In this document: positions 38,487-51,789 of the stretch, piece by piece
Layout of the letters: the number at the start of each line of letters is the position of its first letter
Numbering within the stretch: the stretch's first letter is position 1
Assembly (NCBI RefSeq): GCF_006345805.1
Contig: NC_042998.1
Span: 5,766,001 to 5,830,000 of the forward strand
Direction of reading: 5' to 3'
DNA: 64,000 nt
Source of the DNA: Octopus sinensis
Lineage: Eukaryota
Translations under genes and position numbers: made by a program
The notes under the pieces: model-generated
The model's database searches: none
Told to the model about the DNA's origin: nothing
What the model saw: only the letters and a program-made list of their open reading frames with translations

Positions 38487-38655
38487 CTTATTATTATTCA
38501 GTAGCTTTATTTTCATCACGTGTTTTCACTGCACTACCGAGAGCAGCTCTGTGTGCCTTGGGTATGTGCTGTGGTTTGTTGTGGTGCTCTTATTTTCACT
38601 GTATTGAAAGTGTTTTAGGTGTGCTATTTTCTGTATGTTATATAAACTTGTAATA
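38487..38655 (-). mobile_element. Degenerate Dong/R4 3' UTR (subfamily A)
   Basis: cagtagc...cactaccgagagcagctctgtgtgccttgggtatgtgc. Confidence 0.8.
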
Positions 38656-38699
38656 GTCCATGAGCCACATCAGCTAGTGGGACCATCTGGTGTGAATAC

Positions 38700-40602
38700 A
38701 CCTAAGGGGTATTAAAATGTTTAAAGGGTCACTATGAGTGTTAAAAAAATGTGATAACCCTTTCAGCTCAGTAGCTTTGTTCTTTTTTTTTTTGCAGATT
38801 TATGAAATTTCACCAATACTCATACTGAAGTACTTCTGCACGTGATGACTACACCACACGGGACATCGTTCACACATCTAGCAGAAATTCGATTGACCAG
38901 AAAAAGCTCCTCGTATACTCAGACATGGATCATCATCATCATCATCATCATCAACATCATTTGGACGGTTCGACCGGGGTCTGGGAAGCCAGGAGGCTGC
39001 ACCATGCTCCAGTCTGATCTGGCAGTGTTTCTACGGCTGGATGCCCTTCCTAATGCCAACCACTCTGTGAGTGTAGTGGGTGCTTTTTACGTGCCACAGG
39101 CACAGTTGCCAGGGGAGGCTGGCAGCAGCCACAATTGGTTGGTGCTTTTTACGTGCCACTGGCACAGAAGATGATCTTGTCAAAAAACACCACAGACTGG
39201 ATCAGGAGCTGCGAGAATCAAGGACAATTCTGTCTGAGGATTCTCTAGCCAAAGAAGCAGTGCAGCTATGACAGAAGATAAAAAAAAACAAAATCTCAGT
39301 CAAACATGGCCACCAAGCACCGAGCAAAATGTCATTCCTGACATTGCTACCAAATTTCTCTCTTCCTTGCTGACTTGGGAAAACGAGTGTACAAATCTCT
39401 CAGAAAGGGTCAAGTGTCTTGCTACTTCTTTTGGAAGTGACCTGGGGTTTGCTGTTACCTTTGGCAAAACGAAGCTGAGGATACTGATGTTCTGATTTTG
39501 TGCCTGGGGTTCTGTAGCAAAATCTCACACTCTCTGAATTAGAAGTGTGGTACAAAGAACAGAACACACATCCTTTGCACTGGGAGGTGGCATCTTTGAT
39601 GTTTTGATTGGCATGCATGCCTCCACAGGCTGTGATACAGTCAGGGCCTTTGCTTGCCGTAGAAAGCTGACAACGAAATAACGAATAGAGAAATAACATA
39701 ACTGCAGTTGGAAAATGTTTTTATATTATATTTCCACTCTTTCACCCAATAAGTCATCTTCATAGTGGAGTTGCAATGGATAACCAGTCTTAAACTCCAA
39801 TCTTTCTTGGCATCTCACTTAGCTTTTAAGTCTCTCTCTAGTGTATCTCCCACCTGGTTGGAACCTTGAACCATTTACAGATTTGGCCTGTGTCTCTCAG
39901 AGAGTTGTCTTGGAGAAACTCTGTTATTTTCTTGTCATTGAACCTACATCTTGGCAAGAGATCGTTCAGCTTTCAAATCCAACAAGATCTTCCAAGAAGC
40001 CTTCAGTGAAGTGGGGCAGTCTTGGGATGTATCTCCTGGACTATTTCAAGAGCTACAGACGATAACTTGCCAAATGTCCATGCCTCCCACTTCAACAACT
40101 GAAGTAAATAAATTTCGATACTAGCTCTTTTTCACCAGATGTGGAGAAATTGAGTCGAGTCAACTACCTCCATGTGAAGACTGTCTGTTTATGCATGCTC
40201 TTCGTGCAAACTACTAAGCAGCCACCTGGAGAAGATGTCTACAGGCCCAACCATTTGTCCTGAGCCCCATCAACTGTGATTGGACACTAGACGAGGAGAG
40301 TGAACTCCTCATTGCTTGGATGCACAGCTTAACTGCACTAGATGTTGTTCTTCAGCTTTTGTCCTGCAAATGTGTCTGTTCCTACAAACTACCAGCATGC
40401 TGCTGCCTCAGCAATGGCTTGAGGTGCACAGACATGTTCAAGACATATAATGCATATGAAATATGAAATTCAGTTTTATATTAAGTATAAACAGATGTTG
40501 ATTAAATTCTGATCTGTGGATCATTTCTTTGCCCTTGCAACAGTCAAAATAAAAGATGTCCGTGAAATTTTTGGTTGCAGTTTCTTATAGAGGGTATGTC
40601 TA
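38700..40602 (+). mobile_element. Academ (XPG-type) DNA transposon relic
   Basis: EDTDVLILC (39477); GMHASTGCDTVRAFACRRK (39610); LPPCEDCLFMHALRANY*AATWRRCL (40164); Cys-rich SCKCVCSYKLPACCCLSNGLRCTDM (40370); terminus gtatgtcta at 40602. Left boundary uncertain. Confidence 0.75.
38930..39170 (-). mobile_element. SINE family C (probably inside the Academ relic)
   Basis: family C core and CAT tail. Confidence 0.82.
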
Positions 40603-40604
40603 TT

Positions 40605-40930
40605 TATGCCGGTGGCACGTAAAAAGCACCATCTGATCGTGGCCGTTGCCAGCCTTGCCTGGCCCCCGTGCCGGTGGCACGTAAAAGGCACCATCCGTCC
40701 GTGGCCGTTTTCCAGCTCCGTCTGGCACCTGTGTGGGTGGCACGTAAAAAGCACCCACTACACTCACGGAGTGGTTGACATTAGGAAGGGCATCCAGCCG
40801 TAGAAACACTGCCAGATCAGACTGGAGCATGGTGCAGCCTCCATGGCTTACCAGACCCCAGTTGAAACGTCCAACCAATGCTAGCATGGAAAGCAGATGC
40901 TAAATGATGATGATGATGATGATGATGATA
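40605..40930 (+). mobile_element. SINE family C
   Basis: about three internal repeat units, core and GAT tail. Confidence 0.85.
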
Positions 40931-41019
40931 ATTACTACTAAGCTGCCATTCTGACAAGGCTATCATATATAAATAGAAACTAGAGACATATAGAGACATA
41001 CAGTACCAATGGGTCTGGG

Positions 41020-41665
41020 TTCAAGGACTATAAGTCCTTATGTTTTTGTTATGTATTTGTCTGAATGGTTTGTTTTTTTTATCATACCTAATATGCCAAC
41101 TAAAATAGGAATCATTTCTGTTTTTAGTCTCCACATTTGAAATACCTCTATTTCCAGATCTTTGTATTTTGAAATTATAATTATTATTATTATTATTTCT
41201 TCTTCTTTCTTCAAATTTTCTTCCGTTTCTCACCAAGTGTTTTCCGTACACCTAGGGCAGAGAAGCTCATTGAATGCATTCCCAGATTACATGTGCAAAT
41301 TCACAGATAAAATATGTATTTAAAAATTAATAAATAAATAAATCCATGAATGGATGTTGCTTTCACAGTGATAATGCTCTTCTCAGTACATGAGCCGTTC
41401 CAGTTAATACGATTTTTTGCACTTCCTGTAGGGATGGTAAGCCTGGAATAATTTTCAAATAGGTTTCAGTACCTTTTTTTATCATTCCTAGAGATTCTAC
41501 AATCACTAGTACTGTAGTCGCCTTGAGATGCCACATTTTTTTCAATTTCTATTAGCAAGTCTTTATATTTACTGATCTTGTCAAATTCTTTCGCCGCTAT
41601 ATTGTGATTGTAACGAATACTCATGTTAATTAATAAACACACCCTGTATTATTATTATTATTATA

Positions 41666-41709
<44 letters not shown>

Positions 41710-41836
41710 TACTATTATTATTATTATTATTACTATTATTATTATTATTATTATTATTATATTATTATTACTATTATTATTATTATTATTATTATATTAT
41801 TATTATTACTATTACTATTATTATTATTACTATTAC

Positions 41837-41882
<46 letters not shown>

Positions 41883-42230
41883 TAGTATATTTTTTATATC
41901 ATGCTTTCACTTCACTACCGAGCGCAGCTCTGTGTGCCTTGGGTATGTGCTGTGTTTTGTTGTGATGCTCTGATGGTTACTGTATAGAAAGTGTTCTGCG
42001 TAGGATGTGTGCAGTGCCTAGTAGTGCAATTTTCTGTATGTTATATGTGTTTGTAAGTCCTGGTGTTTTTGTAATGTTTTTGTCTGAATATTTTTTATCA
42101 TGCCTAATTACACCTATTGTGATAGGAATTGTTTCTGTTTTTAGATTCCACATTCTGGTTACCTCTATTTCCAGGTCTTTGGATTTTGGAAGTTTCTCCA
42201 TTTCTTTTAGAGACATGTTGTCATCTGCTG

Positions 42231-42269
<39 letters not shown>

Positions 42270-42360
42270 TATTATTATTTTGGTTTGGTTCAGATTTGGT
42301 CTTATTCCTGGTAAGATTTATGAGGGTAGCGGGTTACTACCTTTAACTTCAGGTATCCAT
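41020..42360 (-). mobile_element. Cluster of Dong/R4 3' fragments separated by (ATT)n
   Basis: A-type 41020-41175, B-type 41197-41625, A-type 41880-42233, small RT-tail piece 42280-42360. Confidence 0.88.
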
Positions 42361-42909
42361 AAGCAGTAATAGATTGGTAAAATTATTAGAACATTGGATA
42401 TAGTGCCTCATGGTATTTCCTTAGGCTCTTTATATCCTGAGATCAAAACCTGCTGAATTTTACCTTTCACCTCACAGAGTTGATGTAATTAACTAATCCT
42501 CTCTCTTAAAGCAGCTGCTCTTGTGATTAGATTAGAGCAAATTATTATGGCCTTGCAAATGGATTTGGTAGACAGAAACTGGAAGAAGCATATTATTATT
42601 ATTTCTTCTTCTTTCTTCAAATTTATACATGCATAGACACAAACATACACACACATACAAACACATACACACACACATACACACACACACACTCACACAT
42701 TTTGCAGTATTACTTCCTCAACTGTGTAATGCATCGTGCTTTTGAGTAAAACACTTCATTTCATGTTACCCCAGTCCACTCAGCTGGCAAAAGTGAATAA
42801 TCCTGCAACAGACTGGGATCTCATCCAGGGGATAAATATATATATACACCTCAAGTACAAAAGTACAAGTGACCATGGCGCGTTTTGAAATCAGGACTAA
42901 ATACTGTAA

Positions 42910-43165
42910 GGATTGTGGATGCAAATGGCTTAGTGGTTAGGGTGTTGGACTCATGATCATAAGGTCATGGTTTCAATTCCTAGACCAGGTGATGCATTGT
43001 GTTCTTGAGCAAAACACTTCATTTCATGTTGCTCCAGTCCACTAAGCTGACAAAAATGACTAATCCTGTGATGGGCCATCGTCCCATCCAGGTGGGGAAC
43101 ATATATGGCATAGAATCTGGGAAACCAGCCCTTATTTATAAGTTGACATGACTTGAGAAGGTTAC
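42910..43165 (+). mobile_element. SINE family D
   Basis: tggcttagtggttagggtg head, gtgttcttgagcaaaacacttcatttcatgttgctccagtccact core. Confidence 0.75.
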
Positions 43166-43743
43166 CTTTTTTTTTACTTTAAGGATTTGGTCCTGTTTTT
43201 ATTGATCTGCTAGTCTGAAAAATGGTTTATGACATATGCACAGAGGCACAAATTTATAAGAGAAAGGGTATAAGCAATTCAGATACCCCAGTATATTACA
43301 GGTATTACTATTATTAAGCTCATAAGGATGAAAAACAGTTCTGCCACACACTAACTTGTTAATAATAATAATGATAATTCTTTATTTGCCTGAAGGGTAT
43401 GAAAGGGGATCATTCTAAATATGAAGTGTAAAACAGTAGGGGTTTTTAACAGTTAGTGGCAGAAAAGGTTTTGATAAAATCTATAAATGTGATGAAATGA
43501 AAAATATATAAGGCACAAAGTGCAAGCATGGATGAATGGTTAAGAAGTTTACTTCATAACCATGTGCTTGTGGGTTCAATCTCACTGCATGGCACTTTGA
43601 TCAATTGTCTTCTACTATAGCTATGGGTTGACCTATGCTTTGTGAGTGAAGTGTTGTTGATGGAAAGTGTATGGAAGCCTATTGTACTCTTATGTACATA
43701 TATGCACACATGTGTGTGTGTTTTCACAAGTCTCCAGTCTTCA

Positions 43744-44100
43744 GGTTGAGTAGCCCATCCTGCTCAAAAGGTCCCTGAATATGGGTTCTTTAAGGATGTT
43801 GAACAAAACACCTATGTTTCCAGAGGTGAATTATTCAAACCCCAAAGAATTCCTCTCAACATATGGCTATGATTCTCCCCCACTACTTCTGCTTGTGATC
43901 AGAGATGCACATATTGTCAGCCACTAAGGGACATGCTCAACTGGTTATGGTCAAACAACTGACAAGCAAATCTGTGGTATTGAGCAGAATATATGCTGTA
44001 GCCCATCTTTTATACCAAGACAAAACAATGTACATGATAACACTTCCAATCAGTTAAGATCAGAAGCCATGAGAACCACTACCTGGTACTGCATCAGGAC
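43744..44100 (-). mobile_element. Partial copy of the ~545-bp element
   Basis: matches 10815-11161 and includes the 5' end gcatcagg; short internal duplication follows at 44101-44148. Confidence 0.85.
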
Positions 44101-44240
44101 ATATTGAGCAGAATATTTACTGTAGACCATCTTTCATACCAAGACAAAACAGTGCTCCTAGTTGAAGGCTCCCATCACCATGCCAAGAAGCCAAACCTTT
44201 TGTAACAGTTCTACTGGGCACTGTATTCCGATTTCCTTTA

Positions 44241-44309
<69 letters not shown>

Positions 44310-44312
<3 letters not shown>

Positions 44313-44770
44313 GCAGCAAACGACTTTAATAATAGTAGACTTTCCGTCATCTTTATGTTCTGAGATCAAATTCTACTGAGATTGACTTTACTGTTCATCC
44401 TTTCGCAGTCAATAAATAAGTACCAGTTGTGTACTGGGGTAGATGCAATTGACTAGCTCCCTCCTCATGAAATTGCTGACATTGTTCCAAAATTTGAAAC
44501 CAACATATCTCCCGATATAACACAGCAAATTAGCAGAATCGTTAGCATGTTGGGCAAAATGATTAGCGGCATTTCGTCCATCATTATATTCTGAGTTCAA
44601 ATTCCACCGAGGTCAACTTTGTCTTGCATCCTTTTGAAGACTGGGATCAATGCAATCGATTAGCCCCCACCTCCCATCTCCTTAAACTGTTGGCCTTGTG
44701 CCAAAATTTGAAACTAATATATCTCCCAATATAAGGCAGAATTAGTACACCTCGTAAAATGTTTAGCAGC
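44310..44770 (+). mobile_element. Tandem family B SINEs (about 2.5 units)
   Basis: repeated ttctgag(a/t)tcaaatt...ccaaaatttgaaac units. Confidence 0.7.
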
Positions 44771-44859
44771 ATTTCATGTCTTTGAAATCAATATTAATGA
44801 GCAATCAAAACTATAAATATTAATTGATGTGCTTGGATCAGCAGTCCAGCTAGACAGTC

Positions 44860-45100
44860 AATCCACCCTGTGAATGTCTACACATTGGCTGACAGTGCTA
44901 CCCTAATGTTCTTGATTGGTTGCATGATCTGTTTTTACAGCATTCGTTGATAGCCTTTCATGTTCTGCAGAAAGTTTCAATGCCATCAAGTCTGTGGTCT
45001 TCTTCATCTTCTCCTTTCTGATGTTGGTATCCACTTCAATGTTGCTTTTTTTTTTGCATGCTGCTGATTTGCGTGTTGCGTGACATGATCAGCCGGTTAC
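44860..45100 (-). mobile_element. Degenerate RTE-like LINE C-terminal relic
   Basis: LKWIPTSERRR*RRPQT*WH resembles the RGRP..TW motif. Confidence 0.5.
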
Positions 45101-45356
45101 ATTCTTTGTTCTATCACCATAACTTTGACAACACACACACACATACACACACACACACACATACACACACACACATACACACACATGCATGCAAACAAAT
45201 AAATACATACATACACACATATACACAAATACACATGCATATACACACATACAGACAAACACATACATACAAAAGCACATGAACAGAAACATACATACAC
45301 ACACAAGCACACAATTAAAAACTCACGCACACATGCAAACTTATATATATATACAT

Positions 45357-45407
<51 letters not shown>

Positions 45408-45410
45408 TAC

Positions 45411-45474
<64 letters not shown>

Positions 45475-46176
45475 ATGTATATACATATATATATGTGTGA
45501 GTGTGTACGTGTGTGTATTCTAAAATTAGTTTTGGATTCTGTGGAAGTCATCAGCTCTTTAATGAAAATGAAATAAATAAATTTTCCCGTGAATCTGATA
45601 ACTTGCTCTGAAACAGTCTGGCCAAACAAATAATAAATGACCAGCCTCAACACCATGGTCATCCCCAGAGCTTCTAACTAAATTAAATATAACCACACAA
45701 TTTGCTGCTATTCCCCAAACATGAAACCATGCATACAATAAGAAAGCGCTTTTACTGACCTACTGCAAGTCAGACACATAATTAATGAATGCGAAAATAG
45801 CCAACATAGCAGAAACTACAAGATTTAATTGTGTATACCAAACAGCAGCTTTCCTTCTAGTTTTCCTATCGTAATTAACACTGGAATGTGTCGTTCTTTA
45901 TTTTTGTGTTTCTGTGTTTGTTGTGTGATTAAATAAGGAGAATGGAAGGTGCTCATGACCTTTGCTGATCTATGTTCCTCCCCTGAGACCCTTAAGATTG
46001 ATGTTTGATATTCATGTTGATTGTCTCTAGCTTCATGTCTACAAAAGACTAACATGGGCTGAGACAGGATTTCACAGGTTTAAACTATTTAGCATTTAAC
46101 TGGCCACATCCACCCAAAATAATCTACCTATTTTATCTTCAAAATGGTCAGATCCGGCCTCTCACGTTTACCCTAC

Positions 46177-46540
46177 TCTTTACTCTCTTTTACTCTTTTA
46201 CTTGTTTCAGTCATTTGACTGCGGCCATGCTGGAGCACCACCTTTAGTCGAGCAAATCGACCCTGGGACTTATTCTTTGTAAGCCCAGTACTTATTTTAT
46301 CGGTATCTTTTGCCGCTAATTGACGGGGACGTAAACACACCAGCATCGGCTGTCAAGCGATGCTAGGGAGACAAACACAGACACACAAACACACATATAT
46401 ATATATACATATATATAACAGGCTTCTTTCAGTTTCTGTCTACCAAATCTACTCACAAGGCATTGGTCGGCCCGCAGTGGGACTGAACCCGGAACCATGT
46501 GGTTGGTTAGCAAGCTACTTACCACACAGCCACCCCTGCG
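46177..46540 (-). mobile_element. SINE family A
   Basis: family A match with small internal deletions. Confidence 0.88.
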
Positions 46541-46679
46541 CCTACAATATTATTCTGAAAATAAATAATCACAAGATTGAAATCTCAAAATTATAAGGCA
46601 ATGCATGATTAATTCAAATCAATGTGAATAAACAAGCAATACGATTTGACAGAGAAATCTGAATGCTAAGTGGTTAATA

Positions 46680-47242
46680 TTGGGTTGTCCGGAAAGTTCA
46701 TGCCGATTTTTAAAGGAAAGAAAAAGCTCAATAAACACTTGCCATTACATTTTTAATCAACCAAATATGAACCATTTCGTTGCACAATGCGTCTCCATCT
46801 TTCCTTTATCTTGAAAATACCCCCTTCCCAGAATTGAGGTGGTTTCATGGCAAAGAATTCATCAAGGTATCTTTTTACGTTATCCAAGGAATTGAAATTT
46901 TTACCATTAAGACTATTCTGCAGAGACCTGAATAAGTGGAAATCTGAAGGAGCAATATCTGGTGAATATGGAGGGTGGGGTAACACATCCCAGCCAAGCT
47001 GGAGCAATTTTTGTCTGGTTCCTAAAGCATCAAGTGCCGAAAATGAACTTTCTTATCTTCCATTTTAAAGGGTTACAGAATTAACACAGGTTATAGGAAC
47101 ATAAACCTTCTTCCACGAAAAGATATCTTAAACTGTGCTCTAAATGGAAGTGTAGTCAAATCCTATTTTATGGACTCAACCATGTTCTAAAATAGGTCAA
47201 AAGGTAAGCTACAAATCGGCATGAACTTTCCGGACAACCCAA
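46680..47242 (-). mobile_element. Internally deleted mariner (DD34D) element
   Basis: perfect 30-bp TIRs ttgggttgtccggaaagttcatgccgattt, TA TSD, C-terminus LPHPPYSPDIAPSDFHLFRSLQN, N-terminus MEDKKVHFRHLML. Confidence 0.95.
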
Positions 47243-48251
47243 TACTTTGAGAAATAAGTTCTGAGATGTGAAGGGGCATAGCTTACTGGTTAGGGTAATC
47301 ATCTCACAATTGTAAAGTCATGAATTCGATTCCCAGTGGTGTGTTGTATCCTTGAGCAAGACATTTTATTTCATATTGCTCCTGTCAACACAGCTGACAA
47401 AAATGAATTGTACCTGTATTTTAAAGGGTCAACCTTGTCACATTGTGTCAGGCTGAATCTCCCTGAGGACTATATTAAGGGTGTGTACGTCTGTGGCATG
47501 CTCAGCCACTTGCATGTTAATTTCACAAGCAGGTTGTTCCATTGATCAGATCGACTGGAATCCATATTGTTATAACCAATAAGCCTTATGATTGGATTTG
47601 GTAGACAGAAACTGAAAGAAGCTTGTCGTATAAATACATATATACATGTGTGTGTGTGTGTTTGTGATGTTTTTCTCACATTACCAATTGACGACTGGTG
47701 TTGATGTGTATATGTCTCAGTAATTCAGAGACAAATAAAATAAGTACAAGTCTTTAAAAAAATAAGTTCTGGAGTGGATTTGCTTGACTAAAATTCTTCT
47801 AGGCACTGCCCCAGCATGGCTACAGTCTAGTGAATAAAATAAGCAAAAGATAAAAGATTGCAGATATGCAAATCAGTGAGGTGATAGCAACAGGCTCAAA
47901 ACTTTCTGTACATCAAAACTTTCTGTACATCTACTTGAAGATACAGAACCTGTTCATTGCCAATTGACTCACCTTACAGTATTATTCATGGTTTCATGTT
48001 CAGTCCCATCGTGTGGCACTTTGGGCAAGTGTCACCTTGGGCAAGTGTCTTCTACTATAGCCTTGGGATGACCAAAGCCTTGTGAGTGGATTTGGTAGAC
48101 AGAAACTGAAAGAAACCCATCATATATATTTAGATATATACATATATAATATATTGTGAAATTTGATTTGGAATTGCTAAATTGAATTTTTCCCTGTAAG
48201 TTTGGAATTATATTCCCTACTACTACTATTATTATTATTATTATTATAATA

Positions 48252-48303
<52 letters not shown>

Positions 48304-48429
48304 GTATATATGTCTGTTTGTCCCCACCTCTACCACTTGACTTGTGTTGGTGTATTTATGTCCCCATAAAGTTGTGTGATACAAGAGAAATAGAAAATAT
48401 TCTAGTGATGTAATTTTTGTCATGGGTTA

Positions 48430-48839
48430 TCCTTTACTTGTTTCAGTCATTAGACTGAGGCCATGCTGGGGCATTGCTTTGGAGATTTCTTCGTCAAACA
48501 AGATTCAGAGGAGTTGTTCTGCAATATTTTTTTATAAAGCTTGGTATTTATTTTTATTTTATCGGTCTCTTTTGCTGAACCGCTAGCATATGAGGACATA
48601 AACACACCAGTACCAGTTGTCAAGCAGTGGCAAGGGACAAACACCAGCACTAAGACACATACATGTATAGGTGCAGGTATGGCTGTGTGGTAAGAAGCTT
48701 GCTTCCAAACTACATGGTTTCAGATTCAGTCCCATTGTGTGGCACCTTGGGCAAGTGTCTTCTACTACAGCCTTGGGATGACCAAAGCCTTGTGAGTGGA
48801 TTTGGTAGACAGAAACTGAAAGAAACCCATCATATATAT

Positions 48840-48930
<91 letters not shown>

Positions 48931-49345
48931 TATGTGTGTGTATATATATGTATATATATGTGTGTGTATATATGTATATATATGTATATATATATATGTA
49001 TATATATAAATATATATGTGTGTGTGTGTGTATATGTCTGTGTTTGTCTCCACCTCTACCACTTGATTACTTGAATTGGTGTGTTTATGTCTTCGTAACT
49101 TAATGGTTCAGCAAAAGAGATCGATAGAAAAAAGTACCAGGCTTGAAAAGAAAAAGTGCTGGGATTGATACATTTGACTATGAATTCTTCAAGGCAGTGC
49201 CCCAGCATGACCACAGACTTCATTTAGTTTCCATCTACCTAATCCACTCACAAAGCTTTGGTCGACTTGTGGCCATAGTAGAAGACACTTTCCTGAAGTT
49301 CCACAAAGTGATATTGAACCTAGAACCATGTGGTTGGGAAGAAAG
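48430..49345. mobile_element. Cluster of family A SINEs in both orientations
   Basis: 48430-48660 (-), 48670-49210 (+), 49215-49345 (-). Confidence 0.8.
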
Positions 49346-50104
49346 CTAATGTTGTTTTCAGTGACCATACTGCTGTTGATTTTGACTAAAATGCTCCATA
49401 AGATATTGTCAATAGCGAGAGGGAATAAAGCAAACTGATAGGAATCTGGCAATTGGCCTCAACAAATTCATGGTAATTGTCCGATAGAAATTTCATCAAT
49501 ATCTGGCAGCTATCCTAATGAATTTATAACAAGGATCAGTTGATAAAAATTATATCTTATGCAAGCGTTTCATTCAAGTTTTAAATTATAGAACACTTTT
49601 AATGCTAAACACACACAAAAAAAATTCTTGGTAAATTGCACGCTGGTATCATCAGCGTTGCTCATCAATAACGTGTTTGGAAGAGAAATGAGATCAAAGA
49701 CATGTGACTTCCTAGAGAGCATCAGACTGTTTTATCTCTATGACTGTTGCATCTTGCTCACCATTAGCTGATGAACACAAACTATTTTGATGGCATTTTA
49801 AAAGTTCTGTAAAACATTAAAAACTAGCATCATATAACATAATTTCAACATAATGAGCCAATAAAAGATCTTCTAAGCAGGTATTTACTTATAATAACTA
49901 GCAGCCAAATCTTCATCAAATCAATTCCTTTGTTCAAAGAAAAAAGGTATGATGCAAACAAGGCACAGTATGTGGTCTACGTGCAGGTATGGTTAACAAG
50001 TATGCTTGTTGACTATGTGATTTTTGGTTCAGTCCTATTGTGTGGTACCTTGTTGACCAAGGATTTATGAGTGGATTTTGTTGATGGAAACTGAAAGAAG
50101 TTAA

Positions 50105-50497
50105 TCTTTATATATAAAAGTGAAGTTGTGTGTCTGTCTCCTACGATTTAGATTCCTAACTACTCCCACGTTTTGCGGTGCAGTTTAACCAAAACCGGGT
50201 ATCTTATAGTCGTGATTCATATCGAGCCCTTCTGGGTATTAGCACGCGTCTACGATGAGTCTACGATTTAAAAAAAAATTTACCATCAATTTTTCCCATT
50301 TTTAATGCATTTTTGGCATATATAAGGGAAGTAACTCTCTAAAAATTTATTATTAAATCTCAGAACGTAAAAAGCTACAGTAACACCGCCCCTTTGTGGT
50401 TAGCCATATTGAGATGGCTATTATACTTTACATCTCTAAAAATGCTTATATAGTTATTTCCCTTACAAACCCGAGCAACGCCGGGCGATACTGCTAG
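50105..50497 (+). mobile_element. Non-autonomous Helitron
   Basis: A|TCtttatatataaaag ... cccgagcaacgccggg hairpin, ctgCTAG|T; no TSD. Confidence 0.88.
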
Positions 50498-50514
50498 TTA
50501 TATATAAATTCGAT

Positions 50515-51050
50515 GACTGGTGTCTGTGCTAGCGGGGTGCAAAGAGCACCATACAAGTGTGATCATTGACAGAGCAGCTAACTGGCTTCCATGCCAGTGG
50601 CACTTAAAAGGCACCATTCAAGCGTGATCATTACCAGCATTGCCTTACTGGCACTCGAGCCCCATGCTAGTAGGGTATTAAGAGCACCATCCAAGCATGA
50701 TCGTTGCCAGAGTGGCTATCTGGCCTCTGTGCCAGTGGCACATAAAAGACACCATTCGAGCGTGATCGTTACCAGCATTGCCTTACTGGCACCCGTGCTG
50801 GTGGCATGAGTAAAAAGACATTCGCGCGAGGTCGTTGCCAGTACTGCCTGACTGGCCCCATGCCAGTGGCATGTAAAAGCAACCACTACATACTCGGAGT
50901 GGTTGGTGTTAAGAAGGGCATCCAGCTGTAGAAACTCTGCCAGATCAAGATTGAAGCCTGGTGAAGCCATCTGGTTCAACAGCCCTCAGTCAAATCGTTC
51001 AACCCATGCTAGCATGGAAAGCGGACGTTAAACGATGATGATGATGATAT
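50515..51050 (+). mobile_element. SINE family C with about five diverged internal units
   Basis: repeated gccagtggcacataaaa...accattc...gcgtgatcgttacc; GAT tail. Confidence 0.85.
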
Positions 51051-51059
51051 GAAGTTAAC

Positions 51060-51290
51060 ATCAGGCTCACAATCATGAGGTGGTGAGTTCAATTTTTGGA
51101 CCGGGCTGTGCGTTGTGTTCTTGAGCAAGACACTTTATTTCACGTTGCTCCAGTTTGCTCAGCTGTAGAAATGAATTGCGATGTCACAGGTGCCAAGCTG
51201 TATCAGCCTTTGCCTTTCCTTTGGATTATATCAGTGGCATGGTGAGGGGAGGCTGGTATGCATGGGTGACTGCTGGTCTTGCTCTGACTT
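51060..51290 (+). mobile_element. SINE family D (Nin-like core)
   Basis: gtgttcttgagcaagacactttatttcacgttgctccagtttgctcagctgtagaaatga. Confidence 0.75.
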
Positions 51291-51399
51291 GTGCCTTGGG
51301 GGGGAACTTTCTAGGCACAATCCCATGGCCAGTCATGACTGAAGGGGGTCCTACGCTTCTACCCTTTATATAGTTGACTATATATATGTGTGTGTATAC

Positions 51400-51600
51400 A
51401 CACCCACATATATATACCAACATATATACACATATATGTATAATATATATACAAACACATATATGTATATATATACCAACATATATACACATATATGTAT
51501 AATATATATACATACACATATATGTATATATATACCAACATATATACACATATATGTATAATATATATACATACACATATATGTATATATATATATATGT
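51400..51600. repeat. ~58-bp TA-rich minisatellite, three units
   Basis: tataccaacatatatacacatatatgtataatatatatac repeated. Confidence 0.85.
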
Positions 51601-51789
51601 GTGTGAGTGTATATGTATGTATATGTTTATATGTATGTCTGCATGTGAGTATGTGTGTGTGTAAACACATGTATGTCAGTTTGTGCATTTGTTTATCTTG
51701 CCTAGAGTAGAAAAGATTATTATTATCATCCTGGTATGGTCATGTGATGCATATGGATTAGGACATCTGTGTAAAGAAGTGCTGATCTC

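Noticed and set aside
38797-38930. Plus-strand acceptor ttttttttgcag as a host exon
   Set aside because: All three frames stop within about 16 codons; the sequence is more likely decayed Academ.
49390-49520. Minus-strand frame DSCQILMKFLSDNYHEFVEANCQIP..., vaguely like a RhoGAP C-terminus
   Set aside because: Weak acceptor, phase incompatible with the nearby 45-nt candidate, and too short a resemblance to support.
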